Shown: one piece after another, positions 22,242-32,219 of the stretch
Layout of the letters: the number at the start of each line of letters is the position of its first letter
Position numbering within the stretch: the first letter of the stretch is position 1
Origin: an uncultured delta proteobacterium
GTDB taxonomy: Bacteria > Desulfobacterota > Desulfuromonadia > Geobacterales > Pseudopelobacteraceae
Length of the DNA: 64,000 bases
Direction: 5' to 3'
Assembly: GCA_963772835.1 (NCBI GenBank)
Contig: CAVYYZ010000024.1
Span: forward strand, 160,001 to 224,000
Notes under the pieces: generated by a model
Database searches by the model: none
What the model saw: the letters and a program-made list of their open reading frames with translations, nothing else
What the model was told of the DNA's origin: nothing
Made by a program: the position numbers and the translations under genes

Positions 22242-22709
22242 GTGAAAACGATAACAATGCTGATAGTTGCGGGGATACTTTTTTCGAGTACGTTTGCATG
22301 CGCCGAAGGGCGGTCGATGACTATGTCGACTGTTACCAATGTACGCGAAGTTTTCAGAATCATCACCATCCGTGAGCCGATTACCTCCCAGGAGGAAATC
22401 TGTGAGGATGACGGTGGTTTTGGTGGTGCAATTCTGGGGGGTGTCGCCGGGGGGGTGATTGGGAACCAGTTTGGCAGAGGGGCCGGCAATGCAGCTATGA
22501 CGGCTCTCGGGGTCGTAGCAGGAGCTGCTGCCGGGCAGAACATGACACGCGGCACACGATGTTACCCGAGAGACCGGATCAGTTATACCGAACGTGAACA
22601 GGAAGTGATTGACGGGTATATTGTTACCGTTGAAAGCGGCGAGGAGTTTCGTACAAAAACCCGTTACCATGTTGGTGACAGGGTACGGATCCGCTCCACC
22701 ATTGATTGA
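22242..22709 (+). CDS. Glycine-zipper 2TM domain exported protein (YcfJ-like)
   Basis: GGAGG RBS, signal peptide, GAILGGVAGGVIGNQFGRGAG...GVVAGAAAG. Confidence 0.85.
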   Translation: MKTITMLIVAGILFSSTFACAEGRSMTMSTVTNVREVFRIITIREPITSQEEICEDDGGFGGAILGGVAGGVIGNQFGRGAGNAAMTALGVVAGAAAGQNMTRGTRCYPRDRISYTEREQEVIDGYIVTVESGEEFRTKTRYHVGDRVRIRSTID

Positions 22710-22801
22710 CTCCTGACCGGGTTGATAATCCGTGCCCGGTATTGCGACATGCGCTGTACTAAGTCAACAAAGGGATCAGATTCAAGGGCGGGGATGAATA
22801 G

Positions 22802-22845
22802 CGTAAACAGCAAAGGCGGCCACCCGGCCGCCTTTGCTGTTTACG
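22802..22845. terminator. Bidirectional terminator-like hairpin between convergent genes
   Basis: 20-bp perfect stem CGTAAACAGCAAAGGCGGCC-ACCC-GGCCGCCTTTGCTGTTTACG. Confidence 0.75.
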
Positions 22846-22870
22846 GGAAGAAATACGGTCAAGCCGGGTG

Positions 22871-23785
22871 TCAGTCGCGGGGAATCGCCAGCATCCGGTC
22901 CAGCGCGCCTTTTGCTTTGAGGCGCACACCTTCCGGTACAGTAACAACCGGTGCCAGAGTCTGGAGTGAAATCAGCACGTCTTCCAGCGAGGTAAGTTTC
23001 ATGTTGGGACAGAACAGTGCCGGTGAGGCCAGTATAAACTCTTTCCCGGGGTTTTCGAGCCGCAGTTTGTAAAGTATACCGGCTTCTGTACCGATGATGA
23101 ATTTTGCGGCCGGGCTGGTGCGGCAGTAGTCATACATACCGCTGGTTGAGCAGACATGATCGGCCAAGGCCGAAACCTCCGGAGCGCTCTCGGGGTGACA
23201 GATGAAGAGCGCATCGGGGTGCTCTGCTTTTTTCTGCAGTGCCGCAGCCAGTGTCATCCGTTCATGGGTCGGACAGAACCCCTCCCAGAAGATGAACGTC
23301 TTCTCCGGGACAAAGCGGGCAATCCAGCGCCCAAGGTTACGGTCCGGCACGAAGATCAGTTCGTTCTCGGGAAGCGAACGGACAACTTTGAGCGCATTGG
23401 CAGAGGTGCAGCAGATATCGGAATGTGCCTTGACCTCCGCCGATGAATTGACATAGGTCACCACCGGCACGCCGGGATGTTGTAATTTCAACAGATCCAG
23501 CTCTTCGGCTGTAACCATGTCGGCCATGGGGCAGCCGGCGTCGGGGCGGGGGAGCAGAACCTTCTTGCCGGGCGAGAGGATCGCTGCGGACTCTGCCATG
23601 AAATGTACGCCGCAGAAAACGATCACGTCGGCATTTGTTTTGGCGGCTTCAATCGATAAGGCGAGAGAATCACCGGTGATATCGGCGACCTCCTGTACCT
23701 CGTCACGCATGTAGTTATGGGCCAGCAGCACGGCATTGTGCTTCTTGAGTAATTCTCTGATCTGCGTTTTTATATCGCTCGACAT
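22871..23785 (-). CDS. nadA: Quinolinate synthase
   Basis: [41 protein letters not shown]. Start placed after the GGAGG RBS. Confidence 0.96.
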   Translation of the reverse strand: MSSDIKTQIRELLKKHNAVLLAHNYMRDEVQEVADITGDSLALSIEAAKTNADVIVFCGVHFMAESAAILSPGKKVLLPRPDAGCPMADMVTAEELDLLKLQHPGVPVVTYVNSSAEVKAHSDICCTSANALKVVRSLPENELIFVPDRNLGRWIARFVPEKTFIFWEGFCPTHERMTLAAALQKKAEHPDALFICHPESAPEVSALADHVCSTSGMYDYCRTSPAAKFIIGTEAGILYKLRLENPGKEFILASPALFCPNMKLTSLEDVLISLQTLAPVVTVPEGVRLKAKGALDRMLAIPRD

Positions 23786-23960
23786 TACCATCCCCTCCAA
23801 CAGAAATACGGGTAAAAGATTTGTCAGCATACGGTAAGCGACAATAAAAAACAAGCCGCGACGAACAACCTCCGTTTACGTTGTTCGGCCGGACTGCCGT
23901 GCCTTTCCGCCCGTAACGGGGGCGGCATGCCGTTCTGCCGCCGCGGTAATGATCAGCGGG

Positions 23961-25690
23961 TCAATACGCCCAGTACGGCCCTGTTCCGAGACTCCCGCCG
24001 CTCCGCCCCGCGATGCCCACGTATACTGAACGTCCCAGGAAGAAGGGGAGCCCCCAGTCGAAGCCGAACGTGCTGGTGCCGCCCAACTCGGCAAACACGC
24101 TATTGGTGGTGTTGAAAAGTGTGCTTGCCTTTCCAATCTGGAACGGCACGAGGCCGCTCGGGCTGCCGCCGAAACCCAGGTTTCTGGCGCTCAGACTGCG
24201 GGTGATCGCCGGACAGAACCAGCCGGTGTATACACCGGAGCAGGCCGCTATGGTGCGGTTGTCATTGAAGAACAGGCCGTTGGAGCCACTGTCGATGAAA
24301 CTGCTATTGTCAGTTATACCGGCGTAGATGGTGGTGAAGCTTCCGGTAGGGATCGGTGGGATACGCTGTCGCCCCGCCCGCAGTGTTGTTGCTGCGGGTG
24401 TTTATCCCCAGTATGAGCTGACCGGTGACAGACACGCTCCCGCCGGGTGCGGCGGAGGGAAGCTGCACGATCACTCCGTTGTTGTCCTGCGGCAGCAGCG
24501 CCACCGGGTTTTTTACCTGATCGGCAAGAGGAACTGCACTACCGCTGCAGCTGGAACCGCTGCAGGTGTAGTAGTTCCCGGTGTGAGTTCCGATCACACA
24601 AGCTCGAACCGCAGTCCTCGACAAACAGTCCCACACCCAGAATCCCGTTGAACCCGGCTGCAGAAGGGGTCGTTTCCGGAACTCCGCAAAAGCTTGGAAC
24701 AGTACCGAAAGCGGCATCTATCACGTGAATCGGGACGGTGACAGCCGGTTCACCCCCCAGTACGACATCTGCCAGCTTCACCGGCCCCCAATCGGCCGAA
24801 CCGTCTGCAAACTGGACGCACGTGGCGAGCTGGCTGCCTCCAACGGACGTCTGGGTCAGCGGCACCGTGATGACCTGTTTAAAGAGCCGCAGCCCGGTGC
24901 TGCCGGTATCCAGAAGGATGTCATCAATCGTCTGGCACGTGGCCGTCCCCGGAGAACAGATAGTGACGCTGACACAGGGTTTGTTGGGGTATGAATTGGC
25001 AGAACAGAGCGATCCGTTGACAGTGACCGGCATGGTGTTGATCCCGGGTGCCGGTACGGCGGTGACCGTCAGTGTCGTAAAGGCCGAAACTGTGCCGAAA
25101 CTTGCGGAAATGACACTGCTGCCGACAGAGAGGGTGGACGTTTTGCCGTTCGTACCGATGCTGTTACTTATGGTTGCCACGGCCGGGTCCGATGAACCCC
25201 AAGTTGCTGTCGTGGTCATACTGCGCGTAGAAGCATCGCTGAAAGTACCGGTTGCCAGGAACTGGCCGCTGGTGCCGACAATGACGGAAGGATTGACGGG
25301 ACTGACTGCCAGTGAGACCAGAGTGGGGGACGTCACGGTCAGTGTCGTACTCTTGCTGATGCTGCCGAGGGTCGCGGTGATCTGCGCCGTTCCGTTGGCA
25401 ACCGGGGTGGCCAGACCGCTGTTGTCGATTGTTGCCACAGCCGGGGCAGACGAGGACCAGACCACACCTGTAGTCAGGTCGCCGGTGGTTGCGTCGCTGT
25501 AGGTGCCGATGGCATTGTACTGCTGGGTGGTTCCCATGATCAGGGAGAAATTTGACGGTGAAACCGCCAGTGAACTCAGGGTAGGGGCCGCCGGAGGGGG
25601 CGTTATGGATTTCGTAGGTGAAGAACCTCCGCCACACCCCGCGAGGAGAATAGTCAGCGCCAGACAGGAAAACAGGTTAGCGTATTTCAT
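23961..25690 (-). CDS. Lipoprotein with two Big_2 Ig-like repeats plus DUF3443 (pepsin-like) domain; two frameshifts (near 24604 and 24350)
   Basis: Lipobox LLAGC. Two repeats of the form LAVSP...ATGTFSD...WSSSDPAVATI. ILLDTGSTGLR, NGILGVG, then after rejoining frames FIDSGSNGLFF and FDWGLPFFLGRSVY...GPYWAY. Confidence 0.85.
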
Positions 25691-26156
25691 CGAGATTCAC
25701 CCCGTCGGGCAGAAGCCCCGGGACATATGCCCGCCCCTGCAGGTTGCGCATATGCCCCCACTTTTCCACTACCACGCGGCTGCCGCGGATCTGTACATGC
25801 CGTCTGCCCGGTGTGCGCGGTCTGCTGCGCAGAGCCTGACTGTACTCTTTGAAGTATGTTCCCAGCAGACTGGAAAGGTCAGGGTGTGAAACCCCGCTCC
25901 AGGCCACGGCAAAAACCACACCGGAAGATGAAATGTACTGACGGATCCCTGCAGCATCGGAGATGTCTTCCTGGATGGTATAGACGCCATGTGTGGCTGA
26001 TGATTTGTGGACAGATCTGAGAGAAGCGCGGTTTTGCTCAATCGAGCTGGCCGGTTCACCCAGTGTTGCCAGGGCGGAGCCGGCGGGACAGAATTGCAGG
26101 AACAACGAACAGGCAAACAGGATGTGCAGGTGCCGTTTCTGTAAACAGTTCAACAT
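25677..26156 (-). CDS. DUF2844 family exported protein
   Basis: Signal ...ALATLG, IRQYISSSGVVFAVAWSG...PDLSSLLGTYF...GHMRNLQGRAYVP..LP.GV. Overlaps the DUF3443 start. Confidence 0.85.
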   Translation of the reverse strand: MLNCLQKRHLHILFACSLFLQFCPAGSALATLGEPASSIEQNRASLRSVHKSSATHGVYTIQEDISDAAGIRQYISSSGVVFAVAWSGVSHPDLSSLLGTYFKEYSQALRSRPRTPGRRHVQIRGSRVVVEKWGHMRNLQGRAYVPGLLPDGVNLDEIR

Positions 26157-26351
26157 ATGCAGCTCCTTCTGGTTCTTTCATAAAAGTTCCGTACGGATGT
26201 TTTGTAATTATATATTTTTGTATCTGGTTTCAAAAGGATTTATTGCACCCACTTGTTACGCGGAGATACCCGATACGGTTGCTTGGAGTCGGCTTACTTT
26301 GTCATGAACCGCCAGGGGCCGCGCTGACAGCATTGGGCATCGTCTTTACGC

Positions 26352-26380
26352 TTGACAAAACTCCCCGGACCGGCTAGAAA
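26352..26380 (+). promoter_or_regulatory. Sigma70-type promoter of tRNA-Pro
   Basis: TTGACA-17 nt-TAGAAA, ending about 10 nt before the tRNA. Confidence 0.55.
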
Positions 26381-26390
26381 AAGCACTCTT

Positions 26391-26467
26391 CGGGATGTAG
26401 CGCAGCCTGGTAGCGCACCTGCTTCGGGAGCAGGGGGTCGCAAGTTCAATTCTTGTCATCCCGACCA
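26391..26467 (+). tRNA. tRNA-Pro(CGG)
   Basis: CGGGATGTAGCGCAGCCTGGTAGCGCACCTGCTT-CGG-GAGCAGGGGGTCGCAAGTTCAATTCTTGTCATCCCGACCA. Confidence 0.96.
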
Positions 26468-26475
26468 GTAAATTC

Positions 26476-26513
26476 AGCCACTTACAGCGATTGTTGTGAG
26501 TGGCTTTTATTTT
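26476..26513 (+). terminator. Terminator after tRNA-Pro
   Basis: AGCCACTTACAGC-GATT-GTTGTGAGTGGCT plus TTTATTTT. Confidence 0.65.
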
Positions 26514-26769
26514 GTGCAACCTCTGGTGCAACCTCAAAGGGTTTCGTTGCTAACTTTGTGCTTCATGCAAAATACTGAAACAAACTCGAAGGGGGGTGTT
26601 GCTAGGTGGGTAGTATGATTGGTATGTAGTTCTTGTGGGTATTCATGCAAATTATTAAATCACAGATCAGCGCTAAAGTAAAGTTATTTAAGCGTTATAC
26701 TGATCTTATACACATTATTAGCCATATTTTTATATGGCTTTTATAAATTGGTTCTGGTAAAGTTTGACT

Positions 26770-27051
26770 ATGGCGACTCAGTTCGAGTGGGATGATAACA
26801 AGGATCTTGAGAATCAGAGCAAGCACGGCGTTCCATTTGCTAAGGCTCAATATGCTTTTGCTGATCGAAAACGTATCATCGCCGAAGACAGCACACATAG
26901 TGATGTAGAACAGCGCTATTATTGCTTTGGTTTAGTTGATGGTGGGATTCTGACAGTCAGATTTACTTGGAGAGATGGGATAATCAGAATATTCGGTGCC
27001 GGTTACTGGCGGAAAGGTAAGGCAATATATGAGCAGGAAAATAGTCTATAA
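26770..27051 (+). CDS. BrnT family toxin (type II TA ribonuclease)
   Basis: FEWDDNKDLENQSKHGVPF..A...F.D...D..HS..EQRY...G...LTVRFT.R...IRI. Confidence 0.9.
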   Translation: MATQFEWDDNKDLENQSKHGVPFAKAQYAFADRKRIIAEDSTHSDVEQRYYCFGLVDGGILTVRFTWRDGIIRIFGAGYWRKGKAIYEQENSL

Positions 27052-27292
27052 AGACGAACCGATTGGTGATGTGAGAGTTGTGAAGGATTTTCTTCCATCC
27101 CCTGAAGAGTTGGTGTTTCGAGAGGACTCCATCAAGGTAACTATTTCTCTCAGTAAGAAGTCAGTCGATTTCTTTAAGACGGAAGCAGATCGTCATCACA
27201 CTCAATACCAGCGGATGATCAGAAACCTGCTGGATGCTTATGTTGATACCCAGAAGCCTGTACGTAGAACAGCACGTAAACAAGCTGCTTGA
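27029..27292 (+). CDS. BrnA/CopG-like antitoxin
   Basis: DFLPSPEEL...KVTISLSKKSVDFFK.EA......YQRMIRNLLDAY (RHH-like); overlaps the toxin gene. Confidence 0.85.
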   Translation: MSRKIVYKDEPIGDVRVVKDFLPSPEELVFREDSIKVTISLSKKSVDFFKTEADRHHTQYQRMIRNLLDAYVDTQKPVRRTARKQAA

Positions 27293-27293
27293 C

Positions 27294-27578
27294 CTATTTC
27301 CCACCTTCCAGTATTCGTTCCTTTAGTTCTTTGCCGGTCTTGAAGAATGGGGATCGTTTGGGTTTAACCTGAATCTGAACTCCAGTCTTGGGGTTCCTTG
27401 CGGTATATGCATCATACTCGCGCACCTCAAAACTTCCGAAGCCCCTGATCTCAACGCGGTCACCAGAGATTAATGTGTCCGCCATACCCTTGAAGACCTC
27501 ATTGATAATCTTTTCGGAAACGGAAATACTGATGTTCTTCTCGATAGCAAGCTTATCAACCAAATCTGATCTCGTCAT
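27294..27578 (-). CDS. Integration host factor beta / HU family DNA-binding protein
   Basis: MTRSDLV...RVEIRGFGSF..R...ARNPKTG...PFFKTGKELKERI. Confidence 0.93.
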   Translation of the reverse strand: MTRSDLVDKLAIEKNISISVSEKIINEVFKGMADTLISGDRVEIRGFGSFEVREYDAYTARNPKTGVQIQVKPKRSPFFKTGKELKERILEGGK

Positions 27579-27739
27579 TGATCCCTCTCAGCAAGTGCAA
27601 TCACCCGTTTAGACCACTCAATAGCACGATTGAAGCGTTCCATATCATTTCCAGAAGGAAGTTTACCGCTGGTCATAGCCAGGGAAGTTTCCAGTAGTTC
27701 TTTTAGTGCAGCCAGCAGATCGTCTTCTATCAGTGTCAC
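27575..27739 (-). CDS. Small hypothetical protein (54 aa), translationally coupled to the IHF gene
   Basis: Below the track cut-off. GTG start gives MTLIEDDLLAALKELLETSLAMTSGKLPSGNDMERFNRAIEWSKRVIALAERDQ; its TGA overlaps the IHF ATG (ATGA). Confidence 0.55.
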   Translation of the reverse strand: MTLIEDDLLAALKELLETSLAMTSGKLPSGNDMERFNRAIEWSKRVIALAERDQ

Positions 27740-27981
27740 AGCTAACCCCTTTGAAATCAGAGGAGTTTTTCTAACACAACAACTATAAACAGTCTACGAG
27801 ATTTATTCAGTACATGAGGAATATTATGAGTGTGGTGTGAAGGGGGCTTACAACGGGGATCTATTATGAATTGACAGATAGTCTAGCCGGGGTGAGTTGC
27901 CCCACCCCCATGGCCAGATGCCGCAATTTAATAAATTGGTCTTAAAGCGGAAAAAAACTCCTCATCACTCTCTACGTCATA

Positions 27982-28309
27982 ACCAAATTTTTCAAAGTGG
28001 TTAAAAACACGTTCCACACAAACCCTTGCTGAGCATCTTGAAACAACTGCCAATATTCAATACAAAGCGGATATTGAAAAAGACATAGTGACACTGGAAA
28101 ACCTGAAACTGATAATTATCGCCGTTAAAGATGATATTGAAACAGAAAAAACGGGAGCATGCACCGAGTTACTCCTCAGGATTGCAGCCAATGATTTTAA
28201 AAATAAATTGGCCCTGATTCCTGAGAAAAAAACTCTGCGCAAGGAGATTATGAAATCTCTCAAGGAAGTACACCGCAATATGCTGCATTTGACCGTCAGC
28301 AAAACATGA
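27982..28309 (+). pseudogene. Gene fragment (helical, no convincing start)
   Basis: Open frame PNFSKWLKTRSTQTLAEHLETTANIQYKADIEKDIVTLENLKL... bounded by TAA upstream; AT-rich. Confidence 0.3.
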
Positions 28310-28430
28310 CTATGCTCAGGAGAACCGGAAACCAGATGGCCCGGACGCTCCACATCGTGGCGTTGGCCGTACCCACGTTTGTTGTTTTGACTCTATTCCA
28401 GGTACATCCTTCCGAATTCCTGCTGCCGAC

Positions 28431-28613
28431 TTATATGATTGAATCCGACCCAGCCTCGATCTCTTCCCTGACTGTTGTCAGCAACTCTGCGCAGATCACG
28501 ATTAATTCCTGCCGCAGATCCTCAGCTTCTGATGAAAGTGCAATCGTAACCGATTCGGTAAAATATTTAAACTTGGCGACAACGTCTTCAAACTGCTCGA
28601 TGGTGCAATTCAT
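28431..28613 (-). CDS. Small acidic hypothetical protein (60 aa)
   Basis: Strong RBS AGGGAGGAGG before ATG; MNCTIEQFEDVVAKFKYFTESVTIALSSEAEDLRQELIVICAELL... Confidence 0.55.
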   Translation of the reverse strand: MNCTIEQFEDVVAKFKYFTESVTIALSSEAEDLRQELIVICAELLTTVREEIEAGSDSII

Positions 28614-29143
28614 AAACGTACCTCCTCCCTGGGAAATGCCTCTATAAAAAGAGTATTTTAATTCTGCGTATGAATTTCTGACCGGTGTATATACCTGTAT
28701 CAAACCTTTGCAGTCAACAAAAAGTGCGGCCTTGATTGTGAAAATATCGGCGGTACACTGTACGTATAAAATCACCCGGGTAGTATGAGTTATGTACCGA
28801 TTAATTGTGCTATCGGAATAATCGGGCAATCCTTCAAAAGGAGACTTTCCAGCAATGTTTGCTCCAGGATTTTCTGATGACGGGATGTTGAACGCGGAAA
28901 CAGAAATATTTTTTCCAATCGGTTTTTGAAGTCGTTGTTCAAATATATATAGTAATCCGGTAAAGCCTGGATTAGTGTTGCGGAAAAGTCGGCTCATTCG
29001 CTCAGAGAACCTTTTTTTCACTGCTTGCTGCGGAAACTTCCCGGTGAGGTGGACGTGTGAATATCGCCGGTTTTCAGTAGGTGGCATGAGCCCGGCGCAC
29101 AGACACTCACAACCGGACGTACAAAACATGACAGGAGAACACT

Positions 29144-30286
29144 TTGGCATCAAACTCCTTACAGGCTGAGGGGCTTACCCGTACGGCCCTGGCTCTTCTT
29201 TTTATGGCTGTTCTCGTCGCGGCAAGCTTCTGGATACTGCACCCTTTCTTTACTGCACTCCTTTGGGCGGCCATGATCGTCGTCTCAACCTGGTCTCTCA
29301 TGCTGAGAGTGCAGGCCCTGCTCTGGGGCAGGAGATCACTCGCTGTGGCGGCCATGACGCTGCTGCTGCTCATGGCTTTTATCCTGCCGTTTCTGCTTGC
29401 AGTTGGAACCATAGTTCAAAATTCCCAGGAAATTGCCGACTGGATAAAGTCGCTTGCAACGGTTTCCATTCCGACACCTCCCGACTGGATCGGGACAGTC
29501 CCAATCGTCGGCAGAAAAATTTTACAGCAATGGCAGCATGTCATCGCCATCGGCCCGGCCGGAGCCACCGCCTTCCTGACACCCTATGCCGGCAAGGCAT
29601 TGAGCTGGGCTGCGTCTACATCCGGTAGTGTCGGCATGATGGCAATAGAATTTTTCCTGACGGTTTTTATCGCCGCTATTTTCTACGTGTGCGGGGATAG
29701 TGCCGCTGCGTGGCTATCACGTTTTGCCCAGCGCATAGCCGGGCATGCCGGTAGTAGCTCTCTGCTCCTCGCTGCCAGTGCTATCCGGTCTGTTGCCCTC
29801 GGGGTAGTCGGAACCGCAATTATTCAGGCGATGCTGAGCGGATTAGGGTTGGCAATCTGCGGGGTCCCGGCCGCAAGCCTCCTTACGGCAATTATCTTTA
29901 TGAGCTGTCTGGCTCAGCTGGGGCCGGTGCTGGTGATGATTCCCGCGGTGCTCTGGCTTTTCTGGACGGACCAGGCATCATGGGGTATAGCCCTCGCTGC
30001 CTGGACACTCTTTCTCGGCGTTATTGACAACGTCATCAGGCCTATCCTGATGAAAAAGGGGGCTGATCTCCCGATGCTGCTTGTTTTTGCAGGGGTGACC
30101 GGCGGATTGATTGTTTTTGGTATCATCGGACTTTTCATCGGCCCGGTTGTTCTTGCCGTTACCTATACCCTTCTTGATGCGTGGGTTATGAACGACGAAC
30201 CGGTTGGAGATCAGGCCGGCTGTGCAGCACAGCCGGTGAATATTCAGCGGCAGGAACCGGGTCCGGAAACGGGAGGGGAGGTATGA
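29144..30286 (+). CDS. AI-2E family transporter (YdiK-like)
   Basis: AGGAG RBS plus TTG. FWILHPFFTALLWAAMIVVSTW, IDNVIRPILMKKGADLPMLLVFAGVTGGLIVFGIIGLFIGP. Confidence 0.9.
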   Translation: MASNSLQAEGLTRTALALLFMAVLVAASFWILHPFFTALLWAAMIVVSTWSLMLRVQALLWGRRSLAVAAMTLLLLMAFILPFLLAVGTIVQNSQEIADWIKSLATVSIPTPPDWIGTVPIVGRKILQQWQHVIAIGPAGATAFLTPYAGKALSWAASTSGSVGMMAIEFFLTVFIAAIFYVCGDSAAAWLSRFAQRIAGHAGSSSLLLAASAIRSVALGVVGTAIIQAMLSGLGLAICGVPAASLLTAIIFMSCLAQLGPVLVMIPAVLWLFWTDQASWGIALAAWTLFLGVIDNVIRPILMKKGADLPMLLVFAGVTGGLIVFGIIGLFIGPVVLAVTYTLLDAWVMNDEPVGDQAGCAAQPVNIQRQEPGPETGGEV

Positions 30287-30431
30287 GCCCTCAGGAAGGC
30301 ATCGTTTTGATGCCGCTCCGCCTTTCGGCCGGCTGTTCTCCGGCTGCCCGTGGTGTCTGCTGCACAGGGTACCGCAGCCGGCACCTGCCGCTATTAACGC
30401 CCTCCCCCCCGCTTTGAGGCATCATTCTGAT

Positions 30432-32219
30432 ATGCATACCTCTTCCTCTGATATTTCTCTTGTGCGTACGCTTCTCACTGTCTACCTGAGCATGTTCCTT
30501 GTCTTAACCCCCGCTGCGCAGCTGTTGGCAGGTGAACCGGTGTCGGTGCGTGTGTCAGGAATCGAGGGGGATGCGTTGAAAAACGTCGAAGCCGCACTTG
30601 TTATTCCCGCCGGAATCGTCAAGGACGGCACGGTGGACAAACTCTGGCTTGAGCATTTTGTCCGCCAGGCCGATGGCAGAGTCCGGAAAGCACTGGAGCC
30701 GTTCGGCTACTATGGCCCGCGGATCACGACCTCACTGGAGGGAAGCGGGAAGACGGAACAGATACTGCTGGTCACGGTTGCCGCGGGTGAACCGACCCGT
30801 CTGACAGAGGTGAAGCTGAAGCTGCAGGGACCCGGGAGCGCTGAGCCGCAGCTCCTTGAAAAGGTGGCGTCCTTTCCGCTCCGACGAGGCGATATTCTGC
30901 TCCATGAACTGTATGGACAGGCGACGGATGATCTGCTCGCGACGGCCCGGAAACTGGGTTATCTGGATACGGTGTTATCGGTTCACGAAATTCAGGTGGA
31001 TCCGGCTACGATGTCCGCCCGGATCATCGTGGTGCTGGAGAGCGGGCCCCGCTATCTATTCGGTGAAGCAACAATCGAAGGTGCGACATATTATCCGGAG
31101 GAACTGCTGCGCCGGTATGTATCCTTCACGGCGGGGGAACCCTTTTCTTATAAAGCACTGGGTCAGACCCAGCTCAATTTCGCCGGCAGCGCCTATTTTA
31201 AAAACATCAACATTATTCCCGATAAGGAGGCGGCCTCGGAACTCCGGGTGCCGGTGACCATACAGGTTGTTCCGGCTCCGCGTCGAACCATCCGCCCCGG
31301 CATCGGTTACGGAACTGATACCGGGGCCCGTGCTTCTGTCAGCTACAAGGATTTGAGCCTGTTATACCCCGGCAACATCCTCAATACAGAGATTACCGTT
31401 GCAGAGAAGCTGCAGGGGATCGGCTCCTCCTACACCATTCCCAGCCGGCAGAGCATGGAAACATTCTCCACAATCCAGCTTAATCTTCAGCGTGAGAACG
31501 TCAACGATACCGTGAGCAGGCTCGCTTCGCTGGAACTGAGCCGGACGACAGGGTTCGGTGACCACCGTCTCGGCACGGCCTTTATCAGGCTTCAGCAGGA
31601 GCAATACAGCGTCGGAGTTGAAGACAACACCTCGCACCTGCTGCTTCCGGGACTTCGATTTTCCCAGCGCAGCTACGATGACCTGATTCGTCCGAAGCAG
31701 GGATATCACTACGCGCTTGAGACGCTCGGGACCGTGCGTGCACTTGGTTCTGATGCAAGCTTTATCCAGTTCACCGCCGAAGCCGGAGGGATTATAGCAC
31801 TTCCCTGGCGTACATCACTCAAAACAAGAGCCAAAGGGGGCGCCACTATTCTGGATGACCCGTTTGCCGATCTGCCTACTTCACTGCGCTTCTTCGCCGG
31901 TGGCGACAGCAGCGTGCGCGGTTATTCGTACAAATCACTGGGTCCCAGAGATGCAAGCGGTGAGGTGGTCGGCGGCAGGAACCTGTTGCAGGGGAGTATC
32001 GAACTGGAGCGTTCGCTTTTCAGCAAATGGGCGATATCGATTTTCTACGACACCGGTAACGCCTTTGATGTGTCCCGCGGGTTCAAGCTCTATCAGGGGG
32101 CCGGTGTCGGAGTCCACTATTTCACCCCGATCGGCGAGATTAACCTGAACCTGGCCCGGCAGCTCGATGTTCCGGATCCCAAATTCCGTATCCATTTCAC
32201 GATAGGCTTCCTGCTATGA
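30432..32219 (+). CDS. tamA: Translocation and assembly module outer-membrane subunit (Omp85 family)
   Basis: POTRA repeats (ALEPFGYY, GPRYLFG), GYGTDTG, RFFAGGDSSVRGYSY, C-terminal IHFTIG. Confidence 0.9.
   Translation: MHTSSSDISLVRTLLTVYLSMFLVLTPAAQLLAGEPVSVRVSGIEGDALKNVEAALVIPAGIVKDGTVDKLWLEHFVRQADGRVRKALEPFGYYGPRITTSLEGSGKTEQILLVTVAAGEPTRLTEVKLKLQGPGSAEPQLLEKVASFPLRRGDILLHELYGQATDDLLATARKLGYLDTVLSVHEIQVDPATMSARIIVVLESGPRYLFGEATIEGATYYPEELLRRYVSFTAGEPFSYKALGQTQLNFAGSAYFKNINIIPDKEAASELRVPVTIQVVPAPRRTIRPGIGYGTDTGARASVSYKDLSLLYPGNILNTEITVAEKLQGIGSSYTIPSRQSMETFSTIQLNLQRENVNDTVSRLASLELSRTTGFGDHRLGTAFIRLQQEQYSVGVEDNTSHLLLPGLRFSQRSYDDLIRPKQGYHYALETLGTVRALGSDASFIQFTAEAGGIIALPWRTSLKTRAKGGATILDDPFADLPTSLRFFAGGDSSVRGYSYKSLGPRDASGEVVGGRNLLQGSIELERSLFSKWAISIFYDTGNAFDVSRGFKLYQGAGVGVHYFTPIGEINLNLARQLDVPDPKFRIHFTIGFLL

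Larger units (their letters stand above)
26514..28310. mobile_element. AT-rich genomic islet remnant downstream of tRNA-Pro
   Basis: Drop in GC by eye, 10-bp direct repeat GTGCAACCTC x2 (26514, 26526), TA pair, extra IHF/HU, ORF fragments. No integrase seen; right boundary approximate. Confidence 0.55.

Noticed and set aside
26170..26200. Partial KdpE-like box upstream of DUF2844 (CGTAC-N6-TTTAT)
   Set aside because: Only one good half-site, and too close to the RBS.
28614..29153. 240-aa minus-strand ORF
   Set aside because: Only the last 60 aa follow an RBS; the rest is AT-rich divergent promoter DNA with no recognisable protein features.
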